From NCBI RefSeq assembly GCF_964213995.1, contig NC_135801.1, positions 90,334,001 through 90,398,000 on the forward strand: a DNA stretch of 64,000 bases, read 5' to 3'. The notes below the pieces were generated by a model. The model had not been told where the DNA came from. It made no database searches and worked only from the letters and a program-made list of their open reading frames with translations. Every line of letters begins with the position of its first letter. Positions within the stretch are counted from its first letter, which is position 1. Below are positions 39,542-52,120 of the stretch, piece after piece. This stretch comes from Mustelus asterias. Lineage: Eukaryota. The translations under genes were made by a program, and so were the position numbers.

Positions 39542-39645
39542 GGCCAGAATTCTCCAGCCTCACACACCCCTTCACCGCTAAATCTTTGTTTAATGCAGTG
39601 GGACCATAGAATCCCAGCCATGGGTGAGGTCAGAGAACTCTGGCC
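39542..39645. mobile_element. Short MITE
   Basis: TIRs GGCCAGAATTCTC...GAGAACTCTGGCC. Confidence 0.55.
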
Positions 39646-39819
39646 ATAAACTTTAATTTTGGGCAACAGCATTTTCTGCATCAGGAATAGCAGATTAAAG
39701 TTCTCAACTCCATCTCCCAGTGTGCTAGAACCTCAATTGAAGAAGTGTTCCTTACCCTGAAAACTTAAGTCACTGAATCTTTGATTTTGATATACAATGC
39801 CTGTCAATAAACACATCTG

Positions 39820-40170
39820 AGGGGAGGCAATGGCCTAGTGGTATTATCGCTAGACTATTAATCCTGAAACTCAGCACATGTTCTGGTTCAAATCCTGCCA
39901 TGACAGATGGTGGAATTTGAATTTGATTTTTAAAAATTTGTAATTAAGAATCTATTGAGGACCATGAAACCATTGCCGATCATCGGAAAAACCCATCTGG
40001 TTCACTAATCTCCTTTAGGGAAGGAAATTTGCCATCCTTACCTGGTCTGGCCTACATGTGACTCTAGATCCACAGCAATGTGGTTGACTCTCAACTGCCC
40101 TCTGAACAAGGACAACTAGGGATGGGAATAAATGCTGGTCAGCCAGTGACGTCTCACAAATGAATTTAAA
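39820..40170 (+). mobile_element. tRNA-derived SINE sharing its 3' tail with the CR1-group LINE
   Basis: TGGCCTAGTGG A box, GGTTCAAATCC B box, body AAAACCCATCTGGTTCACTAAT...; tail AGGGATGGGAATAAATGCTGG. Confidence 0.8.
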
Positions 40171-40754
40171 AAACTGAGAAATGCAATTTTGTGAAAGAAA
40201 AAGATTTATATCTTATTTCTATTTTCTTTTTTTTCTTTTACAGTCATACTGATATTCACTCTGTTCTTGCACAGAACATATCCTGGTGTTACTGATGCTT
40301 ACTTAATTGAACTGGAAGCACTGATAGGTTGACAAGTGACCATATCAGACAAGGGATGGTCGGAACTTTCTATATTAATTACTTTATATATTAGCAACAC
40401 TGAGGGGATATGTACATATACAGTAAGAGACACTGCGATGATTATTACATCTTCTATGTTGGCAAGTTGCACTAAATATGAAAAAGAACATTTAGAGGAA
40501 AATATGACTGACAGCTGAAAACAACAAAAATGTGATGAATGGAACACTGGATAAAATATATCTGAGTTGATTTCTTTTCAATTATTATATTATTCCAGCC
40601 ATAAATTTCAAAGCATCAGAATTTGGTTGGAAGCTGGCCGGGAAGTGAAATTGTACAAAAGCAACTTTTCTTCAAGTGCACCTGCAAGGCCTCACTAAGC
40701 CACACATTTACTAAAAGACTCACAGGAACAGGTGTTGAAGTTACATCTGATGTG

Positions 40755-41007
40755 ATGCCCAGTCACCTGAAGAAAGCTCTTTTTTCCATTGCTGCTATTG
40801 TAAGTTTTGTTTCTGTAATCCTGCTGACTGTGGCACTGGGGACAACGCAATGGGTGACTGCTTCTATGCTGTGCAAAACTGGGGCAGATATTGTAAATGC
40901 CACTGATCCAGAGATGGCAAAGTTTATGGGACATCTTTACTATGGACTATTCCGGGGACAAAAAATACGACACTGTGGTCTTGGAGGACGGTGCTCTAAA
41001 ATCACAA
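40755..41007 (+). CDS. CLRN2: Clarin-2 exon 1
   Basis: 253 nt; MPSHLKKALFSIAAIVSFVSVILLTVALGTTQW...CKTGADIVNAT...YYGLFRG...CGLGGR; donor A|GTAATT. Confidence 0.96.
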
Positions 41008-43451
41008 GTAATTATTGCCAGGTTTGCAGATAATAAATAGCTTTGTTGTTTTTGGTTTGCTATTTAGATGGGGCGTCTGACCTGACTGCAGGTTACAAAG
41101 AAGGTACAGAGGGGAACAAACTTCCATCTCTGTAGCTCATGATCGCAGCCCAGAATGATAGGATGAAAGTTTTCTTTATTTCAAAAAGGTTAAAGCCTAA
41201 TGTGAAATGTGTGTCTGAACAGCCTGAACCAATTTCCTAGTGAACATAGTGGCTCACTACACTAAATTTCACAGTATAGCACAAATTGGCATTAAATTGG
41301 CAATCTCACTTAACCAAGTTGCTGGTTGGTATGTTCATAATATAAAACAAGGTGTGCTATAACAGGCCATGCTATTCCTGCATTGTGAATGCTTCATTCT
41401 GACACTGTCATTTCTTACCATAAAGAGCACAATGAAAAACAAAAGAAGGTATTGTGTGTGTTACATCAAAAAATAACTTTCCTCCATAGTTTTTTCTTCT
41501 TTCTGGTTACTGTGCAATGAGAATTATGAAATGTGTCAAGTTTTTATTAACACTCCAGTTTTAAGAAAGCCCAGAATTAAATTAAATTGTCAAAGATTAT
41601 TATCATTCTTCAATGTGTCTATTAGTTAGAACTGCTGGTTAAGATGAAATCAGGTGAAAAATAGTGGAAGCGTTCAGTGTTTAAAATTAGATTAATTTTG
41701 GATTATTCTAATTGTCAAAAGATTGTTGGTGGGGTATCCGAGATGACCAGTACTGCCTAAAGTTCAGACAATACAAGACTCACTGAGCCAGTGTCTCCGT
41801 TTAAAGATGTAACTTTATTTAACCAGCAGCTGCTTGGAGACCATCAAAGGGTCAGGGCAGCTCTGAGATAGAGCAGTCAGACCTCACCGATGAAATCTGA
41901 CATTTACAATTCAAAACAGATCAATTATAGGTTTTCTTATCGATAACTCCTGCCTTTCATTAGCTTAAAATCAACCATCTTCAATATAGACCAATCAACA
42001 ATAATAAATCTTAGCTGACTGCATCTTACCCTCTGACATAATGGCATTTTATTGGTCCATAAAATCCGTAAGTTAACGCCTGTCTTGGCTGAACCCAGTT
42101 CCTGTGTTGCCTAGTAATCTCAGACCCTAATCCAAAATTCAAATGAATGTTCTCATGGGTTCCCATAAAGGTCACTGCCAAACCAGATTAACACATGACT
42201 CCATGTCTGAGCATGCATTCATCTTGCCTGGTCAGTGAATAAACCCCATTCATGAAACGTGATTAAGTGTCCTGGATGTTCTCTCCGTCCGAAACTTTAA
42301 TGATAAATCTTGCATATTCCCAAGGTCTAAACATTCTCTTGGAATATGACTTTGCCATAATGCCTTTTTACCATGATGCTTTGCAGCAAATCGCTGTTGG
42401 CTAAAATGAACAATACCTTAAAACATTCATTAATATATTCAAAATGTCAGAATATGTGTTTTAAAATCATAATCACTTACTGCATTCATATGTGTGTAAA
42501 CTATTCTCTTGTTAACTCATAAGCTTGTTTCAAAAGTAATTTAACTTAATGCTGGTAGGTCTGTCAGTGCTTTAATGTCTAATGGTTTAAAAAGTCTTAT
42601 TAACCTATTGGAGTTAATCGTTTCAACAACGTGAGTAAACCATTTGCCTGGCAAAATTGCACTATCTTTACTGTATGCAAAAAGACATTCATTTACATAG
42701 GAAATTAAGTGGACTTTAAGAGGAACTAGCTTTTGGGCACAACTTGTATCACATTACTTACATCGAGCATCTAAAAACAGTCAAATCTGTAAAGTACTTG
42801 CTACATATTGAAGAGGAAAAGCAATTATTGCACTCCACACATTGTATATTAAAAAATATAATTTATAAACATTTTTTGTACTGTCAAGATCAAAAAAACT
42901 AGTGGAACTGAAAAAAATGCCACAAGGAGTAATCTTTCTGTCCCTGAATGATAATCAGTTGACAACAGGTAAAACCAACACTGCATCAAATTCTCAACTG
43001 CCCCTCTTAGCATGCTGTAGAATCAGCATTCTGTCTGATCTGCTGAGTTCCCTATCCAGAGTGTTAGACCTTCATAAACTCTGGGAAATTCCTTGGAGCT
43101 GTTCCTATCTTGCTACCATTATTTCACAGAAAGTGTGATATAAATGGGTTTCATGGTGCTTTTGGTCAAATAATGCTGGCAGAGTGGGAGGAACTCTGAG
43201 GAACTTCCCAGCGATAGAATTTATTACTATCGAGGAGCCATTCTAATCTATTGTATCTCTGCCAGTGCCAGTGTGTCAACAACAGTCCAATCTTTTCATC
43301 TCAGTGTATTTCATTCTAATCCTATTTCATTGACTTTTCCTCAATATGCCTTCAAATTCTTACAGGAATAAGAAGTGGTGAAATGCATTGCATAATACTA
43401 CAGGAGTCCTCGTGGATAATTTGTTGAGATCAGGGTCTCTGTGTGTGATAG

Positions 43452-45352
43452 CAGAATAGAAACATAGAAGTAAGAAGCAGGAATAGCCATTCGGCCCTTT
43501 GAGCCTGCTCCACCATTCATTTTGATCATGGCTGATGATCGAATACAATATCCTGATCCCCTTCCCCTATATCCCTTGAGCCCCAAGAGCTAAATCTAAT
43601 TTCCTTTTGAAATCAGACAATGTTTTGACCTCAACTACTTTCTGTGGTAGTGAATTCCACACTTCACCACCGTCTGGGTGAAGAAATTTCTCCTCACGTC
43701 AGTTCCAAAAAGTTTAGACCATAAGACCATAAGACATAGGAGCGGAAGTAAGGCCATTCGGCCCATCGAGTCCACTCCACCATTCAATCATGGTTGATTT
43801 CAACTCCATTTACCCGCTCTCTCCCCATAGCCCTTAATTCCTCGAGAAATCAAGAATTTATCAATTTCTGTCTTGAAGACGCTCAACGTCTCGGCCTCCA
43901 CAGCCCTCTGTGGCAATGAGTTCCACAGACCTACCACTCTCTGGCTGAAGAAATTTCTCCTCATCTCTGTTCTAAAGTGACTCCCTTTTATTCTAAGGCT
44001 GTGCCCCCGCGTCCGAGTCTCCCCTGCTAATGGAAACAACTTCCCTACGTCCATCCTATCTAAGCCGTTCATTATCTTGTAAGTTTCTATTAGATCTCCC
44101 CTCAACCTCCTAAACTCCAATGAATACAATCCCACGATCCTCAGACGTTCATCGTATGTCAGGCCTACCATTCCCGGGATCATCCGTGTGAATCTCCGCT
44201 GGACCCGCTCCAGTGCCAGTATGTCCTTCCTGAGGTGTGGGGCCCAAAATTGCTCACAGTACTCCAAATGGGGCCTAACCAGTGCTTTATAAAGCCTCAG
44301 AAGTACATCCCTGCTTTTGTATTCCAAGCCTCTTGAGATAAATGACAACATTACATTTGCTTTCTTAATTACGGACTCAACCTGCAAGTTTACCTTTAGA
44401 GAATCCTGGACTAGGACTCCCAAGTCCCTTTGCACTTTAGCATTATGAATTTTGTCACCGTTTAGAAAATAGTCCATGCCTCTATTCTTTTTTCCAAAGT
44501 GCAAGACCTCGCACTTGCCCACGTTGAATTTATCCCTTATCCTCAAACTATGACGCCTAGTTCTGGACTCCCCCACCATTGGGAACATTCATCCTGAATC
44601 TACCCTGTCTAACTCTGTTAAAATGTTATAAGTTTCTATAAGATTCACTCTTCTAAACTCCAATGAATTTAGTCCTAGCTGATTTAGTCTCTCCTCATAT
44701 GACAGACCTGCCATCCCAGAAATCAGCCTGGTACACCTTTGCTGTACTCCCTCTATAGCAAGGACATCCTTCCTCAGATAAGGACACCAAAACTGCACGC
44801 AATACTCCAGATGTGGCCTCACCAACATCCTACACAATTGTAGCAAAACATCCCTATCCCTCTACTCAAATCCTCTCACTATGAAGACCAACATATCATT
44901 TGCCTTCTTTACTGCCTGCTGTATCTGCGCGCTTACTTTCAGTGACTGATGCACAAGGACATCAAGGTCTTGGCGAGTATCCACCTCTCTCAATTTACAC
45001 TCATTCAAGTAATAATCTGCCTTCCTATTAATGCTACCGAAGTGGATAACCTCACATTTATCTACATTATACTGCACCTGCCATACACATGCCCACACAC
45101 TAAGCCTGTCCGAATCACGCTGAAGCTTCTCTGCATCCTCCTCACAGCTCAGCCTCCCACCCAACTTTGTATCATCTGCAAATTTGGAGATAATACGTTC
45201 AGTTCCCTCTTCCAAATCATTAATATATAATGTGAACAGTTGGGGTCCTAGCACAGACCCCTGCAGAACCCCACTAGTCACTGCCTGCCAATCAGAAAAA
45301 GACCCATTTGTGCCAACTCTTTGCTTCCTATCTGCTAACCAGCTTTCTATCT
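43452..45352 (-). mobile_element. Older CR1 LINE, 3' half, in CLRN2 intron 1
   Basis: SGVLQGSVLGPQLF...KFADDTKLGG...LVRPHLEYC; interrupted by a younger CR1. Confidence 0.9.
43717..44532 (-). mobile_element. Young 5'-truncated CR1 nested in the older CR1
   Basis: Uninterrupted ORF2 C-terminus KFNVGKCEVLHFG...GIKGYGERAGKWS; (TTATGGTC)n-like tail. Confidence 0.9.
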
Positions 45353-46364
45353 TTCTAAAGTGATTAGAAACAGGGAACTATAGAAGGGAAGCAAGAATGC
45401 ATAGTCAGAGGATAGAGCTTAAATCCCACAAAGAATTGTGCAATTATAGAGGGAACTGCTTCAGAATCATCCTGAATGCATTGTATAGTTCTGGTCATTG
45501 TATTCCATTGGAAACATCCTGGTTTTGCAGGTTAGAAAGAGGGTACAGAAGGGAGCAACTCAACTAATAACGAGAATGTGACAGCTGAGCTAAAAGATAA
45601 AAAAAATGAACATTTTCACATTATAAAGAAGATCGAATGAGGTATTATCATAGGATTTGAAAGTTATAATAAAAATAAATATTACAAATTATTGGGCGTA
45701 ACAAGAAACTAAGGAACTGGGAGGTGTGAACTGACACGAATGAGAAAGTAAACAGACCGTTTGAATGTGATTCTTTCGCATGGAGGGAAATGAATGTGTG
45801 GAACAGATTGCCAGGAAATGGAAAATATCAATAAATTAAAAATGAAACTGGATTTTTATGAAAACAATTATCAAGGGTACATGCCTTGAGAATACAAGCT
45901 ATTAGTATTCAGAACTGAAGACATTTATATGTGCCCCGCAGAGAAGGCAAGAAGACAAAAAATCAAAAATAAATTTATTGATCTCCCATTTTCTCATTTA
46001 AATTCTGTTCTTATAGAAAGGACAAATGGCTTTACTGATGAGCTGATAAAATGGCCACAGCTGACCACATGATGGTAGTTCTGGAAGTTTCTGAGCAGTT
46101 TAAAATGGGCAACGGTGAACTCATCAAACTCCTGGAATGTAACACTCCTGCCTTGAATAAGCATTCCAGCCAAGCTAACACAAAGGGCTAGTAGACAAGG
46201 CATCTGCATCAGCCAGCTCGGGATAAAGGCAGAGCTTTTGGGACCCCTCATCTCCAATATCGCCCCCCGCTACTCCCCCAGACAGCAACCCTTATCCCCC
46301 TAACTTGGAACCACTCTCTGAGGCCCTCAAATATGTGAGATTCCTTCCCAAATTTGAAGAGCAT

Positions 46365-47245
46365 GAGTTAGATGCTGTGAAGCTGTTTCCTCTTGTGGGA
46401 GAGTCTAGGACCAGAGGGCATAAGTTTAAAGGAAGGTGTCATGCATTTAAGACAGAGATGAGGAGGAATTTCTTCTCTCAGAGGGTGTTGAATCTGTGGA
46501 ATTCTTTGCCACAAAGAGATGTAGAGCTGGGTCATTAGGTATATTCAAAGCTGAAATAGACAGATTTTTAATCAGTAAGGGAATGAAGGGTTATGCAGGA
46601 AAGTGGAACTGAAGACTATAACAGATCAGTCATGATCTCATTGAATGGTGGAGCAGACTCGATGGGCTGAATGGCCTAGTTCCGCTCCTGCATCTTGTGA
46701 TCTTATTTTTTTACCACCTTTGAGAAAATAGCAGGACAGCTAAAATGGCTCTGAGATGTCTGGACATTTATAATTCAAGGGCAGCTGTCCAGAAGAGTTC
46801 AGGAGGTTTACTGCATGTTGCCTCCCAATGTGTCCCTATGAGGAGAGATTGAATAGACGGGGTTTGTTCTCCCTGGAAAGACGGAGGCTGAGGGGCGACC
46901 TAGAAGTTTATAAAATTATGAGGGGCATAGATAAGGTGAACAGTTGGAAGCTTTTTCCCAGGGCAGAAATGACAATCATAAGGGGGCACAAGTTTAAGGT
47001 AAGGGGGGAAAGGTTCAGTGGAGATGTGTGGGGGAATTTCTTTTACACAGAGGGTGGTGGTGGCCTGGAATGCACTGCCAAGTGAGGTGGTTGAGGCAGA
47101 TACATTAGTGCCATTTAAGACTTATCTGGATAGGCACATGAACAGGTATAGAAAGATACAGGCCATTGGTCTAGATAGGACAACATGATTAGTGCAGGCT
47201 TGGAGGGCCGAAGGGTCTGTTCCTGCACGGTACTGTTCTTTGAAT
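46365..47245 (+). mobile_element. Two tandem CR1 3' fragments
   Basis: FKTEMRRNFFSQRVLNLWNSLP and YEERLNRRGLFSLERRRLRGD remnants. Confidence 0.85.
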
Positions 47246-47385
47246 TATGAATAGACTGAGGCTGCCATCCCAAGTCTCTAGGAGTTAATTCTGGAGGCAT
47301 ACCACCAGCAATTCTGTGGACTAGTACTGCTGGAGGAATATGAAAAATCCCTATGCTCCAACCTGCAAATACACCTAGAGGAGCA

Positions 47386-47540
47386 CAGAATCCTCACAGC
47401 CAGGGATGCAGCCTCCAGAATCCTCACAGCCAGGGATGCAGCCTCCAGAGTCCTCACAGCCAGGGATGCAGCCTCCAGAATCCTCACAGCCAGGGATGCA
47501 GCCTCCAGACTCCTCACAGCCAGGGATGCAGCCTCCAGAG
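47386..47540. repeat. 30-bp tandem repeat, 5 near-perfect copies
   Basis: CAGAATCCTCACAGCCAGGGATGCAGCCTC x5. Confidence 0.97.
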
Positions 47541-47916
47541 CAGACAGCTAAGGTCTCACTCAAAGGCCTGTAAACTCAGGCAAAGCCTTTTCAAATCATA
47601 CCCACGAGCATTAGAAAGATAGGCAGGGCAACCTAGACAAGAAATGCCCTCCATCTAGAAAAGAAAATGCCAAAGAAAGTGCGAGAAGCCCCCGCAGCCT
47701 GAAAGGAGAATTCCCAGAGGACTGTTGTATTCTCCTTGCAACAAAATAGGCCATTCCAGACCTGAATGTTGGAGATGCTGAGGCAAGCCAGTTGACCAAG
47801 CCATATTAGGGCTTCACATGTGTAGCGTCCTGAAGAATACCCCAATGGATAGTGCAGCAGAGCAGGCAGAGTCATTCACTTAAGAAACCTACCCTTCAGA
47901 GGGCATGGCATTCTGT

Positions 47917-48776
47917 GGGGGCAATCTTACCTTCTCGTCCCGGCGGTCGATGGGCGGGTAGAGCCAGTAAGATCGCGAGAGAGGCAGAAAATTGGGTTCT
48001 CGCCCAATTTCTTGTCTCTCATGATCTTACCAGCACCAGATATCTGACAAAATCAGTCTAACGCCCAAAAAGGGCACGAGACTGATCTCAATATTTAAAT
48101 TCAATGGTAAATAGAACTTAAATATTACAACTGAGTCCAGGACGAAATCATCCGGGCTCACTTGCCTCTGTGGCCTCGCAAGTGAAGTTCCTCACCGGCG
48201 AGGATCACGTAGCGCCCCCATCAATGGAGGCCTGGTGCGATGGCCTCACTGGTCAGACCGGAGTCTGTTGTGGTCCCCTGGGAGGTCACGGTCAGGGATA
48301 TGCCTCTTGGGCAGTGCCCACTGGGCACCAAGCAGTGCCAAAGGATGGGGCCAGAGGGGGTGGGGCCTGAGGGGGGCGGGGCCTGAGGGGAGCAAGGCCT
48401 AAGGGGATGCTGCGTACTCTGCAACCGGGATTGTTGGGGGGGAAACGCTGCATACTCAGCAATGGAGATCAGAGGGGGATGACGATTGGTGATATTCATT
48501 GGGGGAGGCAGTGACAGATCTCTCTGTTCCGTACTGTTGCACAGGACAGAAAGATTTGCACATGTGCAACTGCGCCCTCAGCTGTAAGCTGCCAGATTTT
48601 GGATGAGTTTAGGCCCTGCCCCTCCCCTCCCCCTGCCGGCAGGAAACAGATCTTGCTTCATTTTTTGTTCAGAGTGTGGTATGATTGAATTTTTATCTCG
48701 CTTAAAAATCGGTGCAATGCTCTTCCATTTCACGCTCGTTTGCCACTTAGATATTTTTGGTAAGATTGTCCCTCCC
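47917..48776. mobile_element. Non-autonomous GC-rich DNA transposon, Harbinger-like
   Basis: TIRs GGGGGCAATCTTACC...GGTAAGATTGTCCC, TGT on both sides; interior related to 5349-6440 (inverted). Confidence 0.6.
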
Positions 48777-48859
48777 TGTGTATCTGAGCCAAACTAATTC
48801 CCTCAGAGCTTCCAGTGTTTTGTCCTTTCAGTGGCAGTATTCCCACCTCACCTGTGCCA

Positions 48860-50340
48860 AAATGTGAGTAAGTCCGTCATACAGGGGCCACCCATGCTGG
48901 AGGGCAACTAAACCTAAGGCCTGATACCTCCCTTAAGGCCGCAGCACTGATCAATGAAATGACAGGAGGACCTGTGTTTGCACCCCTCCATTGGGTCCAC
49001 CTAGAGTGTGGCCTTGTTTCAGGCCCTGTTACATTAGGATTTGTCCCTAAATTACAAGTAGCAGGAGTTGCTTTTCCTCTTGGGAACAATCTGGCTGCCA
49101 GCAAGGTGCTAGCCAGTGAAAGAAAGGAGGTGAATACAAAGCAGCAGAAAACTGCAAAAAGGCAGAAATCTGGGGACAGTCCTGAGGAGTAGCACCCATA
49201 GACCTCAAGTGAGAGCAACTCCAAGGTAGCAAGGCCGAAGGCCAGGAATGTCTTAGAGCAGGGAAAAATAGTGAGGGAGAGGCACCACCATGCAGAAGTG
49301 CCTAAAAGACTAGACAGGAAGCCTGGAAAGGAAAGACTGATGACATGACTGAAGTATGGCTAACAGAAACCTTCTTTCTGACATTAAATACAGCAGAAAG
49401 GGAGTTCCAAACCAATGAGGAGATAGGGAATAACATGCCTTCCCCCAGTCAAAAAGCCAGAAGGGTGTGTGGCTGGAATTGAGGACAGAAGGGTTCCAAG
49501 GGACATTGAACCAGTTTGGAGGGCTCCTTCTCCCAAGCCAAAGGCCAAGCTAGGAAGCTGTTGATCGACCAGGTGCACCTTTGTGGCAAAGTTAACCATG
49601 GAGCAGCAAAGTTCCCAAATTGGTCCAGAAAAAGTGAACGTGATGCCTTATGTACAGGGTGCAGCAAGAGCTGACAATCCACCAGAGGGCAGAAGTGTCC
49701 CAAAAGACACAATGCTTACCCACAACTGACCAGCAGAGAGACTCCATGCTCACCCACCATAATGCAGAATTGCAAAGTGACTGGACAGAGTTAACCAGCT
49801 TATTTAAAATGATCCATAACGCTGCACCAGAATTTTGGGAAATTCTGCTGTTTAGCCGATAGCTTTCCTGGAGTCGAAAATCTGCTGTTGGTGGCTTGAC
49901 CAGAGAGTCTCGCTGGTCTGGGAAGCTGTTCTGACTTCAAACTGTTCTGAGTCTATCCAAAGAACTGCAGACTTCATCCAAAGGTCTCAAGTCCAGTATC
50001 ACGTCAGCATTAGTCTTTGCTGTATTAAACCTGCAAAAAGGATCTTTTGTCTATGGGATTGGTTTGATTGGAACACATTAGATATGTTTGTTAAGGGTTA
50101 TACATTATAGTGGTTGTTTTGTTTCTTGTTTATAACTGATAAGAGTTCTTGCTAATTTTCTTACTACACGTGTTAACTATATTCTTAAACAAGCTTTGTT
50201 TGATAAAAGCTCCCTGGTGGGTCATTTGAATCATACCTGCAGTGGAACATGTCATGCTTATCCTAGCCAAATTCAAGAGGCAAAACTTCTGATCCAGATG
50301 GGCTCCATAAAACACTTGGAGTTTCTGACCTGAACCATAA
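48860..50340 (+). mobile_element. Gypsy (Gmr1-like) LTR retrotransposon remnant with probable 3' LTR
   Basis: PLHWVHLECGLVSGPVTLGFVPKLQVAGVAFPLGNNLAASKV resembles the protease-region motif (LLGNDLAGxKV) of vertebrate Gypsy elements; LTR-like ~49860-50340. Confidence 0.55.
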
Positions 50341-50370
50341 AAATATTTCAAATAAGCTAACCCTCTTTTT

Positions 50371-50697
50371 TAGAATCATAGGATCCCTACAGTGCAGAAA
50401 GAGGCCATTCAGCCCATCGAGTCTGCACCGACAACAATCACACCCAGATCCTATCCCCATAACCCCACATATTTACGCTGCTAATCCCCCTGACACTAAG
50501 GGGCAATTTAGCATGGCCAATCAACCTAACCCGCACATCTTTGGACTGTGGGAGGAAACCAGAGCACCCGGAGGAAACCCACGCAGACACGGGGAGAATG
50601 TGCAAATTCCGCACAGATAGTGACCCAAGCTGGGAATTGAACCCGGGTTCTTGGCGCTGTGAGGCAGCAATGCTAACCACTGTGAAACCATGCCGCC
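50371..50697 (-). mobile_element. HE1 SINE, full length
   Basis: Reverse complement of the 26387-26713 family. Confidence 0.88.
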
Positions 50698-51940
50698 TCT
50701 TATTTTACCTCACCTGATGTTTGCTGTGGTGTTATTAACAGAGGATTGGATCATGCCAATCCTGAATTGGGGCAAATAAACCAACATTTATAAAGGACAG
50801 CATTAAAAATCAAAACCATCTTTCTGTTACAGATGGACAATGAGAAGAGGAATTAGGGCTGTTTAAATTATAGTCCATAACAACATCACTTTCGTCTATT
50901 GTTATTTTAGAGAGGGATTATTACATTTCAAATAAAGAGTTAATGTGCAAGTTAAATCATCACAGAAGGATGTCATGCAAGCGCATCTATTATCTGCTGT
51001 AGAAATTTCTGGGCTCTGTGACATGCCATTCCTTTGAACTTTGGACTCTGCTGTATGGACCACAATGTCACCACAATGTTCTCACATCCTGTATACTGCT
51101 TTATTTCTAATAAAATGTCTGACTCTGAGAAACCTCAGAGGTGTATATGATGGGACAGTGGCTTTATTCAAATCTGTGTGTTTGAGTTAGTTAGGTAGCT
51201 CTAAATGCACATAAAAACTCATGATGGTCAAACCAATCCATCACCTGTTTCCAGTTACTCTTTCACCACCGAGTGATATTCAATGGATTTTCCTCTATAT
51301 GTTTTAAATACATTTTTACAGGCCGAAAGATAACAACACTAAAGATTTCTCTCCAGCCACCCCGAATGACAATTTGTGGCTGACCATCAGGAGAAACAGC
51401 TTGAAAAGGTTGACCTATTTATTATGTCTCTTTTTCTCTTTTTCCATCTGTAGGCCATCCGGAAACTGATAAAAATACCAGCCCCTATGCAACATTTATT
51501 CAAAAATGTTCTTTAGGATTTGGAATCCTTGCTAGTTTTTCTCATAAACTGTGGGAGTCTAATTTGAAGCTGTCTCGTGCAGCTCTAGTTAATAACATCT
51601 GATAACGATACAGCTGAGACGACAGATCAAACCTCATGCCTTCTTGTTCGAGTTTACTTTCCTAAACTCACTGAGCAGGAGGAACAAAAGGCAGTTTGTG
51701 CAAAATAATGGAAAATAATGAATAGTTCTAATGTCAACCTAGATATGAAAGAAAAAGGCAGTTGTGAAGGAATTTAACTTATAATGCCAAAGGAACTATA
51801 TTTAATTTGAATACAATAACACTGTTACTCACACAACAGGCTCAATTAGCGCATTAATATTAATGTTTTTGTAGGAACGTGCATGCACAAACTACTATCA
51901 TTCCTGTCTTGTTATAACCTTTTTTGTTCTATTTTTTCAG

Positions 51941-52120
51941 TTTTTCCACAGTTGGTGAAAACGCTGAATGCAGCTGTACATGTGTTGGTTATATTTTTTA
52001 TCTGCCTAGCAATTGCATTTGCTTTGGTCAGTTTTGGGTTTTGTATTTACAATGCAGTGAAAATTCCTTACCAAGCCATAAAAGGACCAATGGGTATCTA
52101 CCTCTGGAACTCAATTGCAA
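51941..52120 (+). CDS. CLRN2: CLRN2 exon 2
   Basis: 180 nt; TTTCAG acceptor, GTAAGT donor; (I)FPQLVKTLNAAVHVLVIFF...YNAVKIPYQAIKGPMGIYLWNSIA. Confidence 0.97.

Noticed and set aside
41724-42412. Additional LTR-like blocks (also ~8950-9700 and ~56960-57650)
   Set aside because: Composition is suggestive, but I could not confirm boundaries, TSDs or partner LTRs.
43800-44588. 262-aa ORF as a host gene
   Set aside because: CR1 ORF2 C-terminus fused to an older CR1.
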